Below the pieces are notes generated by a model. That model did not search any database, had not been told where the DNA came from, and saw only the letters and a program-made list of their open reading frames with translations. Below, one piece after another: positions 41,575-50,867 of a stretch of DNA of 64,000 nt; within the stretch, counting starts at the first letter, position 1; every line of letters starts with the position of its first letter. This stretch comes from an uncultured Nitrospiraceae bacterium (GTDB lineage: Bacteria > Nitrospirota > Nitrospiria > Nitrospirales > Nitrospiraceae): contig CAVSTP010000004.1 in assembly GCA_963730935.1 (NCBI GenBank), positions 736,001-800,000 on the forward strand, in the 5' to 3' direction. Made by a program: the position numbers and the translations under genes.

Positions 41575-44451
41575 TCAGGTCCCTACTCGGAAACACGATT
41601 GGATGACCTGTTGTAGCTCCTCCACATCGAACGGCTTTAACAGGATGGCCTGCGCGCCGAGGCTGATCGCCTTGATGGCAGTGTCCTTGGCCCCGGACGC
41701 CGTCACCATGATGATCGGCAGCTGCTCATTCGATTGCCGGATCCGCCTCAGCACTTCCATGCCGTCCAGGGAGGGAATTCCGATGTCGAGAATCATGCCG
41801 CCAAACCTCCCGGACCCAACCGCCCTCAGCGCGCAGAGGCCGTCGGTTTCCGTTTCCACCAGATACCCCATCGCGCGGAGTCGGTCCTCGAGCAACTCTC
41901 GGATGTCCTTGTCGTCATCCACGACGAGGATGCGAGGGGGAGTCCCTGGTGCGGCGATGTTCGATTCCAGCGCGTATCGCAGGGGCAGGGTAAAATGAAA
42001 CTCCGCGCCTCCCTCTTCTGGCCGACGCGCCTCTATCGTGCCTCCATGCAGCTCCACGAGCGTCCGAACAATCGATAACCCGAGGCCGAGCCCTTTGGCA
42101 GCCGTCCTCGTCGCAGCAACCCTGAAAAAAGGATCAAAGACCTTCTCGAGGCATTCGAGCGGAATGCCGGGACCGGTATCGTTCACCGTCACTCCCGCGT
42201 GCCGATGATTCTCCTTGCCGACGGTCACCGTGATGCCGCCTTCCTCCGGCGTGAACTTCATCGCGTTCTGCACGAGGTTGATGACGATCTGCACCAGCCG
42301 GTCGCGGTCCGCCCAGACGAGCAGCGGCACGTCCGGGTACAGCCCTTCCAGCGTTTGCCGCTTGGCTAGCGCCAAAGGCCGGAGTTGCTCCACCACTTCA
42401 GCGACGCACTGTCCCAGGTCCAGTTCGGCCGGAACCAGTTCAAGCTTCCCAGTCTGGATCCTGGTGCGATCCAACAGGTCCTCGATCATCCGAATCAGCC
42501 GATCGGAATTTTCGAGCATCCGCGACAGATACCGTTGCTGCTTGTCATTGACGGCACCGGTCAGCCCGTCCAGCATGTTCTGCAGGAATCCTTTGATCGA
42601 CGTCATTGGCGTCTTCAACTCGTGCGACACATGGGAAAGAAATTGCGACCGGAGGCGGTCCGCCTGCTCGAGCTCCTTGGTCCGTTCGCGCACCTTGGCT
42701 TCCAATCCGACATTCAGTTCTTCGATCTGCTGATAGGCCGATGCATTGTCGAGCGCGATAGCGGCTTGATGAGCAAACGTGGTCATCAATTCGAGATCGT
42801 CCTGCGTGAGGCTGTGTTCCTGCGTCCGGTCGACGATCATGCTGCCCAAGATGCGGTCCTTCGTTTTGAGCGGCACCGCCAGCAGCGACTTTGTGCCGAT
42901 CAGCCGCAGCAGGCGTTGATTCTGCGGATGCATACGTGCGGCGTACGGCTGAATATCGCCGCTCAGCAAGGGCTTGCCCTGTAAAAGAACGGTGCCTTCC
43001 GGTGACTCCGGGTCCGTGACCGGCGTCTCGTGCGATCGGGCCAGCGCCTGGATCTCCGCTGGCACACCCACGACCCGCACGTCAGTGGTCACGCGGCGGA
43101 CCGGATCGTAGAAAGAGATCATCGCACGGTCGAAGTGCAGATCTCTGGTCAGCGTTTTCAGCACTTGTTCCAAGAGGGTTTCCCGGTCGAGCGTGGAGCT
43201 GAACAACAAGCCGGCGCGATGCAGCACCGTGAGATGATTGACGGAGCGGCGCAATTCCACGCGCGTGTGCTCCTGCTCTAAATACGCTTCGCGTAATTCC
43301 TCATGGCGGGACTCGACGAAGTCGACCTGCTCTTGGATCAAGGCCTCGCGGCGCTGGCTTTCTCTTCTCAACCGCCAATTGATCCACGTGCCCGCCAAGA
43401 GCACGGGAATCAATCCTGCGAGGAGGACTTCGCCCAGGCTCATGGCCGGATACAAGACACGCACCACCGCCGACGTCAGCGCAGCCGCGACCACCGCCCA
43501 GAAATAGCCGGTGAATTCGCCTCGTGACCTGTGAAGCGAGGGGCCGGATGATCGGCGCTTAGGTGTCTGCTGGGATTCAGCGACGGGATCGTGCTGATCC
43601 AGATGTACGGGCGATGGAACGGCAGCCTTCATCCGTGTCGCGGCTTGCGACAGTGCCGCCGGTAAAGACCACAAGCGCCGAACCCAACCGCCGGACGGCT
43701 CGGCAGTCCACCTAATGTCCCATTGGCACCAGGGATCGTCGTTGGCGATGCAGGAGGTTTCGGCGAGCGTGGCCGGAGCCAGTCCATGCACTTGGGCTGG
43801 GACAGCCGCCATGATGCCTTGGGCAGCCTGGCACATCACGTACGTGCAGCGCCGGCGGTAGGGTCCGAACTGGCGCAACGTACGATCGGAAAATCGCATC
43901 GCCAAAGTGGCGGATCGTGTCGTCACGCCGACGACGCGGCATTCAATGGAGCCGGAGGCAAACTTGTTGCCGAAATACGGAAACATGCCGTAGATCTGCG
44001 CCAGCGAAAACGGCCTGGCGAGGACCTGCATGATCGGCGACGCCTTCTCCATGCCTCCGCGAAAGACAAACTGCGGATCGCCGGAGATCCGTTCGCAGAA
44101 CTCGTACAGATAGGCCGTGAACTCATAGGAGTAGCTGTTCCACGCGTTTTTCAGGAAGGCCGGCGTGACGTGGTACACCGGGTCCTTGATCCGTTGGTTG
44201 AGGAGCACGCACAGCTCTTCGACCGCCTGCAGGCCGGCCGCTTTCCCGTGCTGCCGTGCCACCGACGTTTCCAGGTAGATGACGGTCGCGCGGAGACTCA
44301 TTCCCGTCAAATCACGGATCTTCTCACCCTGTTCGTCCACGCCGAACGGGCGAAATTCCATGTATTCTCGCTCAAGAATGGTTTGATATTTCGGATACAA
44401 AACTATTGTGGATGGACCAGAACGAAGATCTTGCGCCGCACGATCGTGCAT
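41575..44451 (-). CDS. Hybrid sensor histidine kinase: V4R/H-NOX-like N-terminal domain, 2 TM, GAF, HisKA, HATPase, receiver
   Basis: ETSCIANDDPWCQW (V4R-like), GAF, VSHELKTP, NLVQNAMKF, GLGLGL, ILVVDDD...LLKPF. Confidence 0.9.
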   Translation of the reverse strand: MHDRAAQDLRSGPSTIVLYPKYQTILEREYMEFRPFGVDEQGEKIRDLTGMSLRATVIYLETSVARQHGKAAGLQAVEELCVLLNQRIKDPVYHVTPAFLKNAWNSYSYEFTAYLYEFCERISGDPQFVFRGGMEKASPIMQVLARPFSLAQIYGMFPYFGNKFASGSIECRVVGVTTRSATLAMRFSDRTLRQFGPYRRRCTYVMCQAAQGIMAAVPAQVHGLAPATLAETSCIANDDPWCQWDIRWTAEPSGGWVRRLWSLPAALSQAATRMKAAVPSPVHLDQHDPVAESQQTPKRRSSGPSLHRSRGEFTGYFWAVVAAALTSAVVRVLYPAMSLGEVLLAGLIPVLLAGTWINWRLRRESQRREALIQEQVDFVESRHEELREAYLEQEHTRVELRRSVNHLTVLHRAGLLFSSTLDRETLLEQVLKTLTRDLHFDRAMISFYDPVRRVTTDVRVVGVPAEIQALARSHETPVTDPESPEGTVLLQGKPLLSGDIQPYAARMHPQNQRLLRLIGTKSLLAVPLKTKDRILGSMIVDRTQEHSLTQDDLELMTTFAHQAAIALDNASAYQQIEELNVGLEAKVRERTKELEQADRLRSQFLSHVSHELKTPMTSIKGFLQNMLDGLTGAVNDKQQRYLSRMLENSDRLIRMIEDLLDRTRIQTGKLELVPAELDLGQCVAEVVEQLRPLALAKRQTLEGLYPDVPLLVWADRDRLVQIVINLVQNAMKFTPEEGGITVTVGKENHRHAGVTVNDTGPGIPLECLEKVFDPFFRVAATRTAAKGLGLGLSIVRTLVELHGGTIEARRPEEGGAEFHFTLPLRYALESNIAAPGTPPRILVVDDDKDIRELLEDRLRAMGYLVETETDGLCALRAVGSGRFGGMILDIGIPSLDGMEVLRRIRQSNEQLPIIMVTASGAKDTAIKAISLGAQAILLKPFDVEELQQVIQSCFRVGT

Positions 44452-44537
44452 GACTGACGCTCCGTTTGCAGAGACGCGGGAGGCGTTAAGAGCGCCCGTG
44501 ACCGGCGCCCTCGGATGCGGACTGCTCTACTGCTTGC

Positions 44538-44846
44538 CTACTGTTTGATGGCCCGTTTCAGGGTCTTCTCCACGCTGGCGACTTTGGACACCAGGCGGCC
44601 GGAATGACCTTTCCGATAATCCACTTTTATGCTGCAGGAAATACGGTTGCAATCCTTTTTCATACGTTCATAGCACTGGCGCACGACGGCGAACACCTCG
44701 TCCCACTCTCCTTCGAGGACCGTCCCCATCGGGTTCAGCCGGTACGGCACGCCGCTTTTATCGATGATGTCCAATGAGCGAGAGACAAACTCGCTCACGC
44801 TCTCCCCCTTGCCCAAAGGGGACATACTGAATTCCAGCAAGACCAT
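44538..44846 (-). CDS. MTH1187/YkoF-family thiamine-binding protein
   Basis: EFSMSPLGKGESVS, YRLNPMGTVLEGEWDE, KVASVE. Confidence 0.9.
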   Translation of the reverse strand: MVLLEFSMSPLGKGESVSEFVSRSLDIIDKSGVPYRLNPMGTVLEGEWDEVFAVVRQCYERMKKDCNRISCSIKVDYRKGHSGRLVSKVASVEKTLKRAIKQ

Positions 44847-44909
44847 GCGGTTCCTTTCTTCGACCGTTACGAGGTGCCTTTGCTGCCTGTGGACGCCGCC
44901 CGTCTAACC

Positions 44910-45221
44910 TTCTCACCCGCCCACCCTGACCAATCCTTTTTCACCCACCGACCCACCGATTGCTTCGCAACCGTTTACCCGGGACGCGGGCTTGCCCGTT
45001 ACTCACCCACCCACCCCAGGCGATCTTTTTGCACCCGCCCAACCCACCGATTGCTGTGCAATCGTTCACCCATTTCACCCGCCCAACCCACCGATTGCTG
45101 TGCAATCGTTCACCCATTTCACCCGCCCAGCCCACCGAATGCTCCGCAATCGTTCACCCGGTACCGCGCCTTTAACCTTCTCACCCACCCACCCCGGGCG
45201 CGCCGAGACGCGCCTTTTCCC
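44910..45221 (+). repeat. Cluster of modules B/C, including three tandem 44-bp units (starts 45032, 45076, 45120)
   Basis: Unit cacccgcccaacccaccGATTGCtgtGCAATCgttcacccattt; about 7 caccc(g/a)cc starts in total. Confidence 0.9.
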
Positions 45222-45837
45222 GCTCATCGAGCCACACTTTGGGATACTGCACCTTGCCCAGCAGGCGGAAGCCATCCAACGCTTCCCGCAGCAGCGTGCG
45301 CCGTTTCTCGACGTCAGGCTCATTACTCTTCGCCTGCTCGCGCAATTGGCCAAGCCAGTCGACGAACGCCATGAACTCACTGTCCAAAATGCGCTCGAGA
45401 TCTTCCTTCATGAATCCGGACAGCGCCGGCGCCATGCCGCTCGTGCTGATCGCCACGCGCGCATGCCCTGCCTCGACAACCGCCGGCATGTTCACCGTGG
45501 AGGCTTCGGGATAATCGACGGACCACAACAAGATCTTGCGCTCGCGCGCCTTGGCGAACATCGAGCGGGCAAAGTCTCTGTCGCCGCGTATCATGTTGAG
45601 CACGAGGATCGCGCTTTCCAAATCGGTTTCACGGAAATGCCGTCCGCGATGAATGACTTTGGCGGACGCGGCCAATTGCTTCAACCGTTCGTGCAAGGTG
45701 GGAGAGATCACAATGACTTTGGCGCCGGCATCGAGAAGGCGTTGGGTCTTTTCTGCGGCCTCCTCGTCGCCGCCCAAGACGAGCACCACATAGCCTTTGA
45801 CGTCCAGCGTGAGCGGAAATCCAGGGTTCGCTGCCAT
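45181..45837 (-). CDS. Precorrin-2 dehydrogenase/sirohydrochlorin ferrochelatase (SirC/CysG N-terminal-like)
   Basis: FPLTLDVKG..VLVLGG, LLDAGAKVIVISP, VAISTSGMAPALS. Confidence 0.85.
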   Translation of the reverse strand: MAANPGFPLTLDVKGYVVLVLGGDEEAAEKTQRLLDAGAKVIVISPTLHERLKQLAASAKVIHRGRHFRETDLESAILVLNMIRGDRDFARSMFAKARERKILLWSVDYPEASTVNMPAVVEAGHARVAISTSGMAPALSGFMKEDLERILDSEFMAFVDWLGQLREQAKSNEPDVEKRRTLLREALDGFRLLGKVQYPKVWLDEREKARLGAPGVGG

Positions 45838-45967
45838 GACAGTCCTCCAATTCCGAAACGAGGGCCATCATACAACAGAGCCTTTTCCAGGGTAAACCAT
45901 TCGCTCCCTTTTTTTGTGGAGGGTCGGTATAATGCAGCGCTTTTTACCACCATTTTCATAGAGGCCA

Positions 45968-46423
45968 ATGGCTGGATATAAATTCGGTGCGATCGGCATG
46001 GCCGGCGGCATCATCGCGCTCGCGGCCGTCGCGGCCTGGCTGGGCCTGGCGCACGTCTTCGACCCGAAAGGCGGAGAGGGCGTGATTGCGGGCCACGTGC
46101 TGATTTCTCCTGCGTTGGCCGATCAGGTCCGTCCGACCGACGTGCTCTTCGTGATCGTGCGGAGACCGGGAGGCACACCACGACCCGTGGCCGCCAAGCG
46201 CATTGAGAATCCGAAATTCCCTGTGCCATTCGAGATCACGAATGCGGATGTCATGGTCCAGGGTGCCGAGCTGCGCGGCATGGTCGACGTGATGGCCAGA
46301 TTGGATCGCGACGGACAGGCGGGACCGGCGCAGCCAGGCGACATCGAGGGACGCTACGCGAAGAATCCCACGCTGCCCGGCGGGCGCGACTTTGAAATTA
46401 TTTTAGACTCAGTGAAACAGTGA
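45968..46423 (+). CDS. Membrane-anchored protein resembling the C-terminal Ig-like domain of CcmI/CycH
   Basis: DVLFVIVR...PVAAKR...FPVPFEI...VMARLDRDG...PGDIEG. Confidence 0.75.
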   Translation: MAGYKFGAIGMAGGIIALAAVAAWLGLAHVFDPKGGEGVIAGHVLISPALADQVRPTDVLFVIVRRPGGTPRPVAAKRIENPKFPVPFEITNADVMVQGAELRGMVDVMARLDRDGQAGPAQPGDIEGRYAKNPTLPGGRDFEIILDSVKQ

Positions 46424-46510
46424 ACGGAGATTTTGAGGTCAACTTTGAGTGGTTTGCCCTGGGCGATTTCTTTCGGTATACACACGTGTAACTAGGAGAA
46501 GCATCATTAG

Positions 46511-46629
46511 GGATGTTCAAAAAGTCCGCCCGCAAGGCCGCAGCGAGCGAAAGCCCGAAGCGTACGGTTCTAGGTACGTTGAGGGTTTGAGCGAGGCGAG
46601 AACGAAGCGGGAGGGCTTTTTCAACATCC
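46511..46629 (+). repeat. Family A 119-bp MITE-like structured repeat, copy 2
   Basis: Same terminal inverted repeats; flanked by TTA|G...C|TTA. Confidence 0.9.
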
Positions 46630-46630
46630 C

Positions 46631-47173
46631 TTAAGGCCCGGAATCGGCGTCCAACTCCATATTCCAATACAGGTAGTCCCGCCAGCTTTCCGGCGTATTG
46701 CGTATCCCGATGGTAATCGTGACGATGGGACTCCAACGAGGCTTCACGGGCCGCTTCATCAGCCGCATGCCTGCTTCCTCCGGCGTCCGGCCACTCTTGC
46801 GGTTGTTGCAGCGCCAGCAGGCCGTCACGATGTTCTCCCACGTCTTCCGCCCGCCCTTCGCGATCGGCACGACATGATCGAAGGTCAGTTCTTCCGTACG
46901 GTATTTGGTGCGGCAATACTGGCAGACGTATCCGTCTCTCGTGAAGATATTGATCCTGGAAAACTTGACGGCCCGGTGGCTGTCCTTCAGTCGGACCAGC
47001 TTGAGGAGCCGCATGACGGCGGGCAGCTTGAACGAGATCGAGACCCCATGGATTTCGCGGTCGTAGACCTCGAGGACTTCGACCTTACCTTGCCAGAGAA
47101 GAGCGATGGCTTTTTGCCAATGAACGACACGCAGGGGTTCGTACGTAGAGTTGAGCAGGAGGGTCATTTCCAT
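46631..47173 (-). CDS. HNH endonuclease (McrA-like)
   Basis: RDGYVCQYC, TFDHVVP..KGG, ENIVTACWRCNNRK. Confidence 0.93.
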   Translation of the reverse strand: MEMTLLLNSTYEPLRVVHWQKAIALLWQGKVEVLEVYDREIHGVSISFKLPAVMRLLKLVRLKDSHRAVKFSRINIFTRDGYVCQYCRTKYRTEELTFDHVVPIAKGGRKTWENIVTACWRCNNRKSGRTPEEAGMRLMKRPVKPRWSPIVTITIGIRNTPESWRDYLYWNMELDADSGP

Positions 47174-47336
47174 TCAATAACCTCATTCCCAACCGAGGCT
47201 CCTTTCGTGCGAAGGGCCTTGAATCGGTCTGGGTACGCTCGGCTATCTTCTATGCCATAAGATTGGGGCGAAATCAAGCTCTGGGGCCATTCTGCCGAGG
47301 ACGGATCGCCCCTCCGCATCCGATCCATGAGGCCGC

Positions 47337-47657
47337 ATGTCTGAGTTTATCACGGTGGCGAAAGTCGAAGAGATTCCTCCGGGCACCGGCAAGACCGTCG
47401 ACGTGAACGGAGTCTGGATCGCATTGTTCAACGTGGAAGGTTCGTTTTTTGCTGTCGACAATACCTGTCCGCACGCGGGAGGACCAATCGGCGAAGGCTC
47501 GCTCTCCGGCGAGATCGTCACCTGTCCATGGCACGGATGGCAATTCAACGTGCGCACCGGCCAGCGGGACGGCAATCCAAATTTCACGATCGCCTGCTGT
47601 CTCGTCCGTGTGCAAGATCAACACGTGCAGATCGCGCTGCCGCCCGACTTCCAGTAA
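47337..47657 (+). CDS. Rieske [2Fe-2S] ferredoxin
   Basis: CPHAGG...CPWHGW. Confidence 0.93.
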   Translation: MSEFITVAKVEEIPPGTGKTVDVNGVWIALFNVEGSFFAVDNTCPHAGGPIGEGSLSGEIVTCPWHGWQFNVRTGQRDGNPNFTIACCLVRVQDQHVQIALPPDFQ

Positions 47658-47660
47658 CTC

Positions 47661-47722
47661 GGTGAAAGGCGCGTCCTCGGGGAAACGAATTGCGAAGCAA
47701 TCGGAGGGTTGGGCGGGTGAGA
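47661..47722 (-). repeat. Repeat module B/C, reverse orientation
   Basis: Reverse complement tctcacccgcccaaccctccGATTGCttcGCAATtcgtttcccc...gacgcgcc. Confidence 0.8.
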
Positions 47723-47733
47723 TAAGCGTCCGA

Positions 47734-48192
47734 TTAGGCAGGCCCGAGGATGTTGGGCTTCGGTGCGGTTGGTGCAGCCGGCTCATCGGTTTCCGGCGGC
47801 TTCGGAGTGATCCCATCCGCCGGCAACGACGCGGCATTGACTCGCTTCAATGACAGATTGGCGTGCCAAATGAATTCGCGCTCGAACCACTGCCCGCTCG
47901 CGCCTCTGTCCCGCAGCTGCACGCGCACTTCATAGAGATCGCCGTCCACCTGCTTGACCCGCCACTCTCCGAGCCGCGCATTGAGCCCGCGGTCCTTCAT
48001 CGAGCGCACGTGCTCCGTCATGGCTTGCAGAATCGTCGGATAGCCCAGTGCCCGGTGCGTCTGAACCATCGCAAGCGCGTCGGCGCCGCGGCGGTCGATC
48101 ATCGGATTGATTGTCGGCGGCTTGGTCCAGACATAGTAGACTGTGCCCAGCGCCAGTACGCCGACCACAAGGTAATGGATAATCTTCACCAT
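47734..48192 (-). CDS. Hypothetical membrane-anchored protein
   Basis: 152-aa ORF with an N-terminal TM helix, AAGGA RBS and a Pro-rich tail. Confidence 0.7.
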   Translation of the reverse strand: MVKIIHYLVVGVLALGTVYYVWTKPPTINPMIDRRGADALAMVQTHRALGYPTILQAMTEHVRSMKDRGLNARLGEWRVKQVDGDLYEVRVQLRDRGASGQWFEREFIWHANLSLKRVNAASLPADGITPKPPETDEPAAPTAPKPNILGPA

Positions 48193-48351
48193 CGACAGGC
48201 TATCCTTCGCGCATGAGGAATCGGACGCATATTAGGAAGCGGTCTCACGCCAAGTCAATCCAGCGGTTAATGCCTTGTATGAAAGAAAGTCGATATGTTA
48301 GAAAAGTACCCCCTGACAATTTCATGGCATTGATGAGGCCACGCCACACCT

Positions 48352-48798
48352 ATGAAGTTCTTTCTGTACGCCGATAATCTCCATCCGACTCAGCTCAAAC
48401 GACGGGCGCCCGAACACCAGTTCCAGATGCTGGCCACGCTCCCCGACCACACCATCCAGTTCTGCCGCTGGTCGTCCCAGTGGCGGTGCGGCCTCGCCAG
48501 CGTCGTACCATCCGCGGGCGAGAAGGCCTGGGGCGCGATTTTCGAGCTGACGGACGAAGACATCAAACTGCTTGATCAACTCGAAGACGACGTGCCTCCG
48601 GAAGCCTTTCGTCACGTGCAGGTCACCGTGCTCAATGAGGCCGGAGAAAAGATCCTCGTCACCACGCATGCGGCTAATCCGATCGGGAAGTTCAAGCCCA
48701 AGGATCACTACCTCGATTGGATCATCAAGGGCCTGAAGCATTGGAAGTTTCCGCAGGAAGTCATCGAGCAATGGGAAGCCTACCGGCCACGCTCATGA
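48352..48798 (+). CDS. Gamma-glutamylcyclotransferase-family protein
   Basis: FFLYADNL, AWGAIFEL, LLDQLE, PKDHYL..IIKG. Confidence 0.8.
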   Translation: MKFFLYADNLHPTQLKRRAPEHQFQMLATLPDHTIQFCRWSSQWRCGLASVVPSAGEKAWGAIFELTDEDIKLLDQLEDDVPPEAFRHVQVTVLNEAGEKILVTTHAANPIGKFKPKDHYLDWIIKGLKHWKFPQEVIEQWEAYRPRS

Positions 48799-48889
48799 CG
48801 GCGAGGAACGGGGACGAATCTCAAATCGCAAATCCCAGATTTCAACGTAGGAGAAGAGAGCGCACTTCAAATTTTAGATAGAGGAGCCT

Positions 48890-49216
48890 ATGCCAAAACC
48901 CAAATATCACATCGTCGTCTGCACGAACGCCCGACCCCCGGGACATCCCAAACCCTCGTGCGGCAGCGCCGGTTCCGCGCAACTACTGATGGCGTTTAAT
49001 ATGGGGCTGATGCAGCGCGGCGTGATGCCGGGCGACGTGCTCGTCAGCGGCTCCTCGTGTCTGGGTCCTTGCGAGCAGGGACCGACCGTCGTCATCTATC
49101 CGGACGGCACCTGGTACTCGAAGGTCACGGAAGCCGACGTCGCCACGATCCTCGACGAGCATATCAAGGGCGGCAAACCGGTGGCGAAGCTGAACCCCGA
49201 CGCCGTCTGGAAGTAA
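48890..49216 (+). CDS. Thioredoxin-like [2Fe-2S] ferredoxin
   Basis: VCTNAR...SC...SCLGPCEQGPTVVIYPDGTWY. Confidence 0.92.
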   Translation: MPKPKYHIVVCTNARPPGHPKPSCGSAGSAQLLMAFNMGLMQRGVMPGDVLVSGSSCLGPCEQGPTVVIYPDGTWYSKVTEADVATILDEHIKGGKPVAKLNPDAVWK

Positions 49217-49225
49217 TTATTTGCC

Positions 49226-49738
49226 GTGGCGCATTCAGCACACCACGAACATAAAGCCCACGCGCCTCGAAGCGTGGGCTGCATGGTCATTACCTGCAGC
49301 GATACCCGCACGCCCGACACCGACACCAGCGGACAACTGATCCAGAAACTCCTCCAGGAGCAAGGCCACACAGTCGCCGCCTATCACCTCGTCAAGGACG
49401 AGCCCGCACAGATCAAGGCCCGGATTACCGAAGGCACCGGCAACGATCAGGTGCAGGCCATCATTATCAATGGTGGAACGGGGATCTCGCGGCGGGATTC
49501 AACGTTCGAGGCCGTTGATGCCATGCTGGAAAAACGGCTGGACGGATTCGGCGAGGTGTTTCGCTATCTCACCTATCAGGACATCGGCTCTCCGGCCATC
49601 ATGAGCCGGGCCACCGCCGGCATCATCAAAGGCCGCGTGCTGTTTTCTACTCCGGGATCAGAAAACGCCGTGCGCCTCGCGATGGAAAAACTCATCCTGC
49701 CCGAGCTGGGCCACCTCGTCAAAGAATTGACAAAATAA
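49226..49738 (+). CDS. moaB: Molybdenum cofactor biosynthesis protein MoaB/MogA
   Basis: SDTRTPDTDTSG, GGTGISRRDSTFEA, SRATAG, PGSENAV. Confidence 0.92.
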   Translation: MAHSAHHEHKAHAPRSVGCMVITCSDTRTPDTDTSGQLIQKLLQEQGHTVAAYHLVKDEPAQIKARITEGTGNDQVQAIIINGGTGISRRDSTFEAVDAMLEKRLDGFGEVFRYLTYQDIGSPAIMSRATAGIIKGRVLFSTPGSENAVRLAMEKLILPELGHLVKELTK

Positions 49739-49778
49739 AGGGCATGAGCGGGTAACCCCTGCTTCAGCGAGGGTGTGA

Positions 49779-49981
49779 CCGCATGGCCCTGTCGCTGCTT
49801 GGCTCCGCCAACTTTATCCGGCCCGGACTCCGTCCGAACGGACCTTCAAACAAGCGTCTCGCCATCGCCACCTGGGAAAAGGGCGCGTCCCGCCGCGCAC
49901 AGGGTTGGGCAGGTGAGAATGGCGACCGCAGCGACAGGCCTTGCACCCATCGCAAGTCGCAGGAGCAACCATCTACCTCCA
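49779..49981 (+). repeat. Family D structured repeat, copy 1, with a reverse module B inserted at ~49872-49921
   Basis: Homologous to 52587-52650, the reverse complement of ~52720-52853, and 59403-59548. Confidence 0.75.
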
Positions 49982-50025
49982 TAGGAAAGCGGGCGAGCTT
50001 GCAGAACTCTTTAAGGCGGTGCTCG

Positions 50026-50205
50026 CCTGGGCAAAGCGCACGTCTTGGCGTGCGCGGGATGGGAGGGTGAGAATGGCCGCAGTAAGAGATCAATCCAGCC
50101 CCGCCCTAAAGAGATATGAGCAAGCTTGGACGGGGATCATTTTCAGTGCTCGTCATTGGGTAAAGCGCGCGTCTTGGCGTGCGCGGGGGCTGGGCAGGTG
50201 AGAAG
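50026..50205 (-). repeat. Two reverse copies of module B (about 50026-50080 and 50158-50205)
   Basis: Reverse complements ttctcacc(c/t)(t/g)ccca...GCGCACG-ccaaga-CG(T/C)GCGC-ttt. Confidence 0.75.
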
Positions 50206-50313
50206 TCCGCACTTGGAGGTCGCTCAGCCCTGCCCCCAGAGACATCAGCAAGCTCGGAAGGAGCATTTTTAAAGTGCGTTGGCCGAGCAGAGAATGCCCC
50301 GATCGACAACCCT

Positions 50314-50748
50314 TTAGTCTTGCCCGATCTTAGGTTCGTCGTACCCCATCGCCGGCGGAATCTTCGACTGAGCGTATCGTTTGTAGTGGAGCAATAGGTC
50401 TCGCACCGAGACGACCCCGATAATCTCTCCGTTTCGTGTCACGCCAAGATGACGGATGCTGTAATCGCCCATCATGTCCTGCGCATCGTCGACCGGACGA
50501 CTCGCCTCGATCGTGCGGATCGGCGCCGTCATGATCTTCTCCACCGTCAACTTGCCGAGCGGCTTGCCCGAGGACACCGCCCTCCGGACGATATCGGTGT
50601 CGGTCACGATGCCGACCAACTGCTTCCCTTTCTTTACGAACAGCGAGCCGACACGCGCCGACTTCATCGTTTTCGCGGCGCTCACCACCGACGTCGTCGG
50701 GCCCACCGATTTGGGTTGCTTAGTCATGATGCTGGCGACTGCTGACAT
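50314..50748 (-). CDS. CBS domain-pair protein (paralog of 23089-23481)
   Basis: GSLFV, GIVTDTDIVRR, RHLGV, GVVSVRD. Confidence 0.9.
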   Translation of the reverse strand: MSAVASIMTKQPKSVGPTTSVVSAAKTMKSARVGSLFVKKGKQLVGIVTDTDIVRRAVSSGKPLGKLTVEKIMTAPIRTIEASRPVDDAQDMMGDYSIRHLGVTRNGEIIGVVSVRDLLLHYKRYAQSKIPPAMGYDEPKIGQD

Positions 50749-50867
50749 GGTTCCCTCCTTTCAAAGAGTGTGATCTCGATAGGAAAGAACGTCGTCCTTC
50801 ATTCTATTCCATCGATTCGCTGTCATCTTACCAAAGAATTCCGTACAGTTGTTCACTCAAAACGAAA

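Noticed and set aside
44910..45180. CRISPR array
   Set aside because: The palindromic units are contiguous tandem copies without unique spacers, the same motif is dispersed elsewhere, and there are no cas genes.
46511..47173. HNH gene + adjacent structured repeat as an IscB/omegaRNA- or HEARO-like RNA-guided system
   Set aside because: The protein is an ordinary 180-aa McrA-like HNH without PLMP or RuvC motifs, and the repeat also occurs beside unrelated genes. Adjacency alone is insufficient.
49764..50397. Short ORFs over repeat regions (also 39747-39977, 44874-45380, 46449-46634, 52251-52913, 59252-59662)
   Set aside because: They are translations of non-coding repeat families with no protein motifs.
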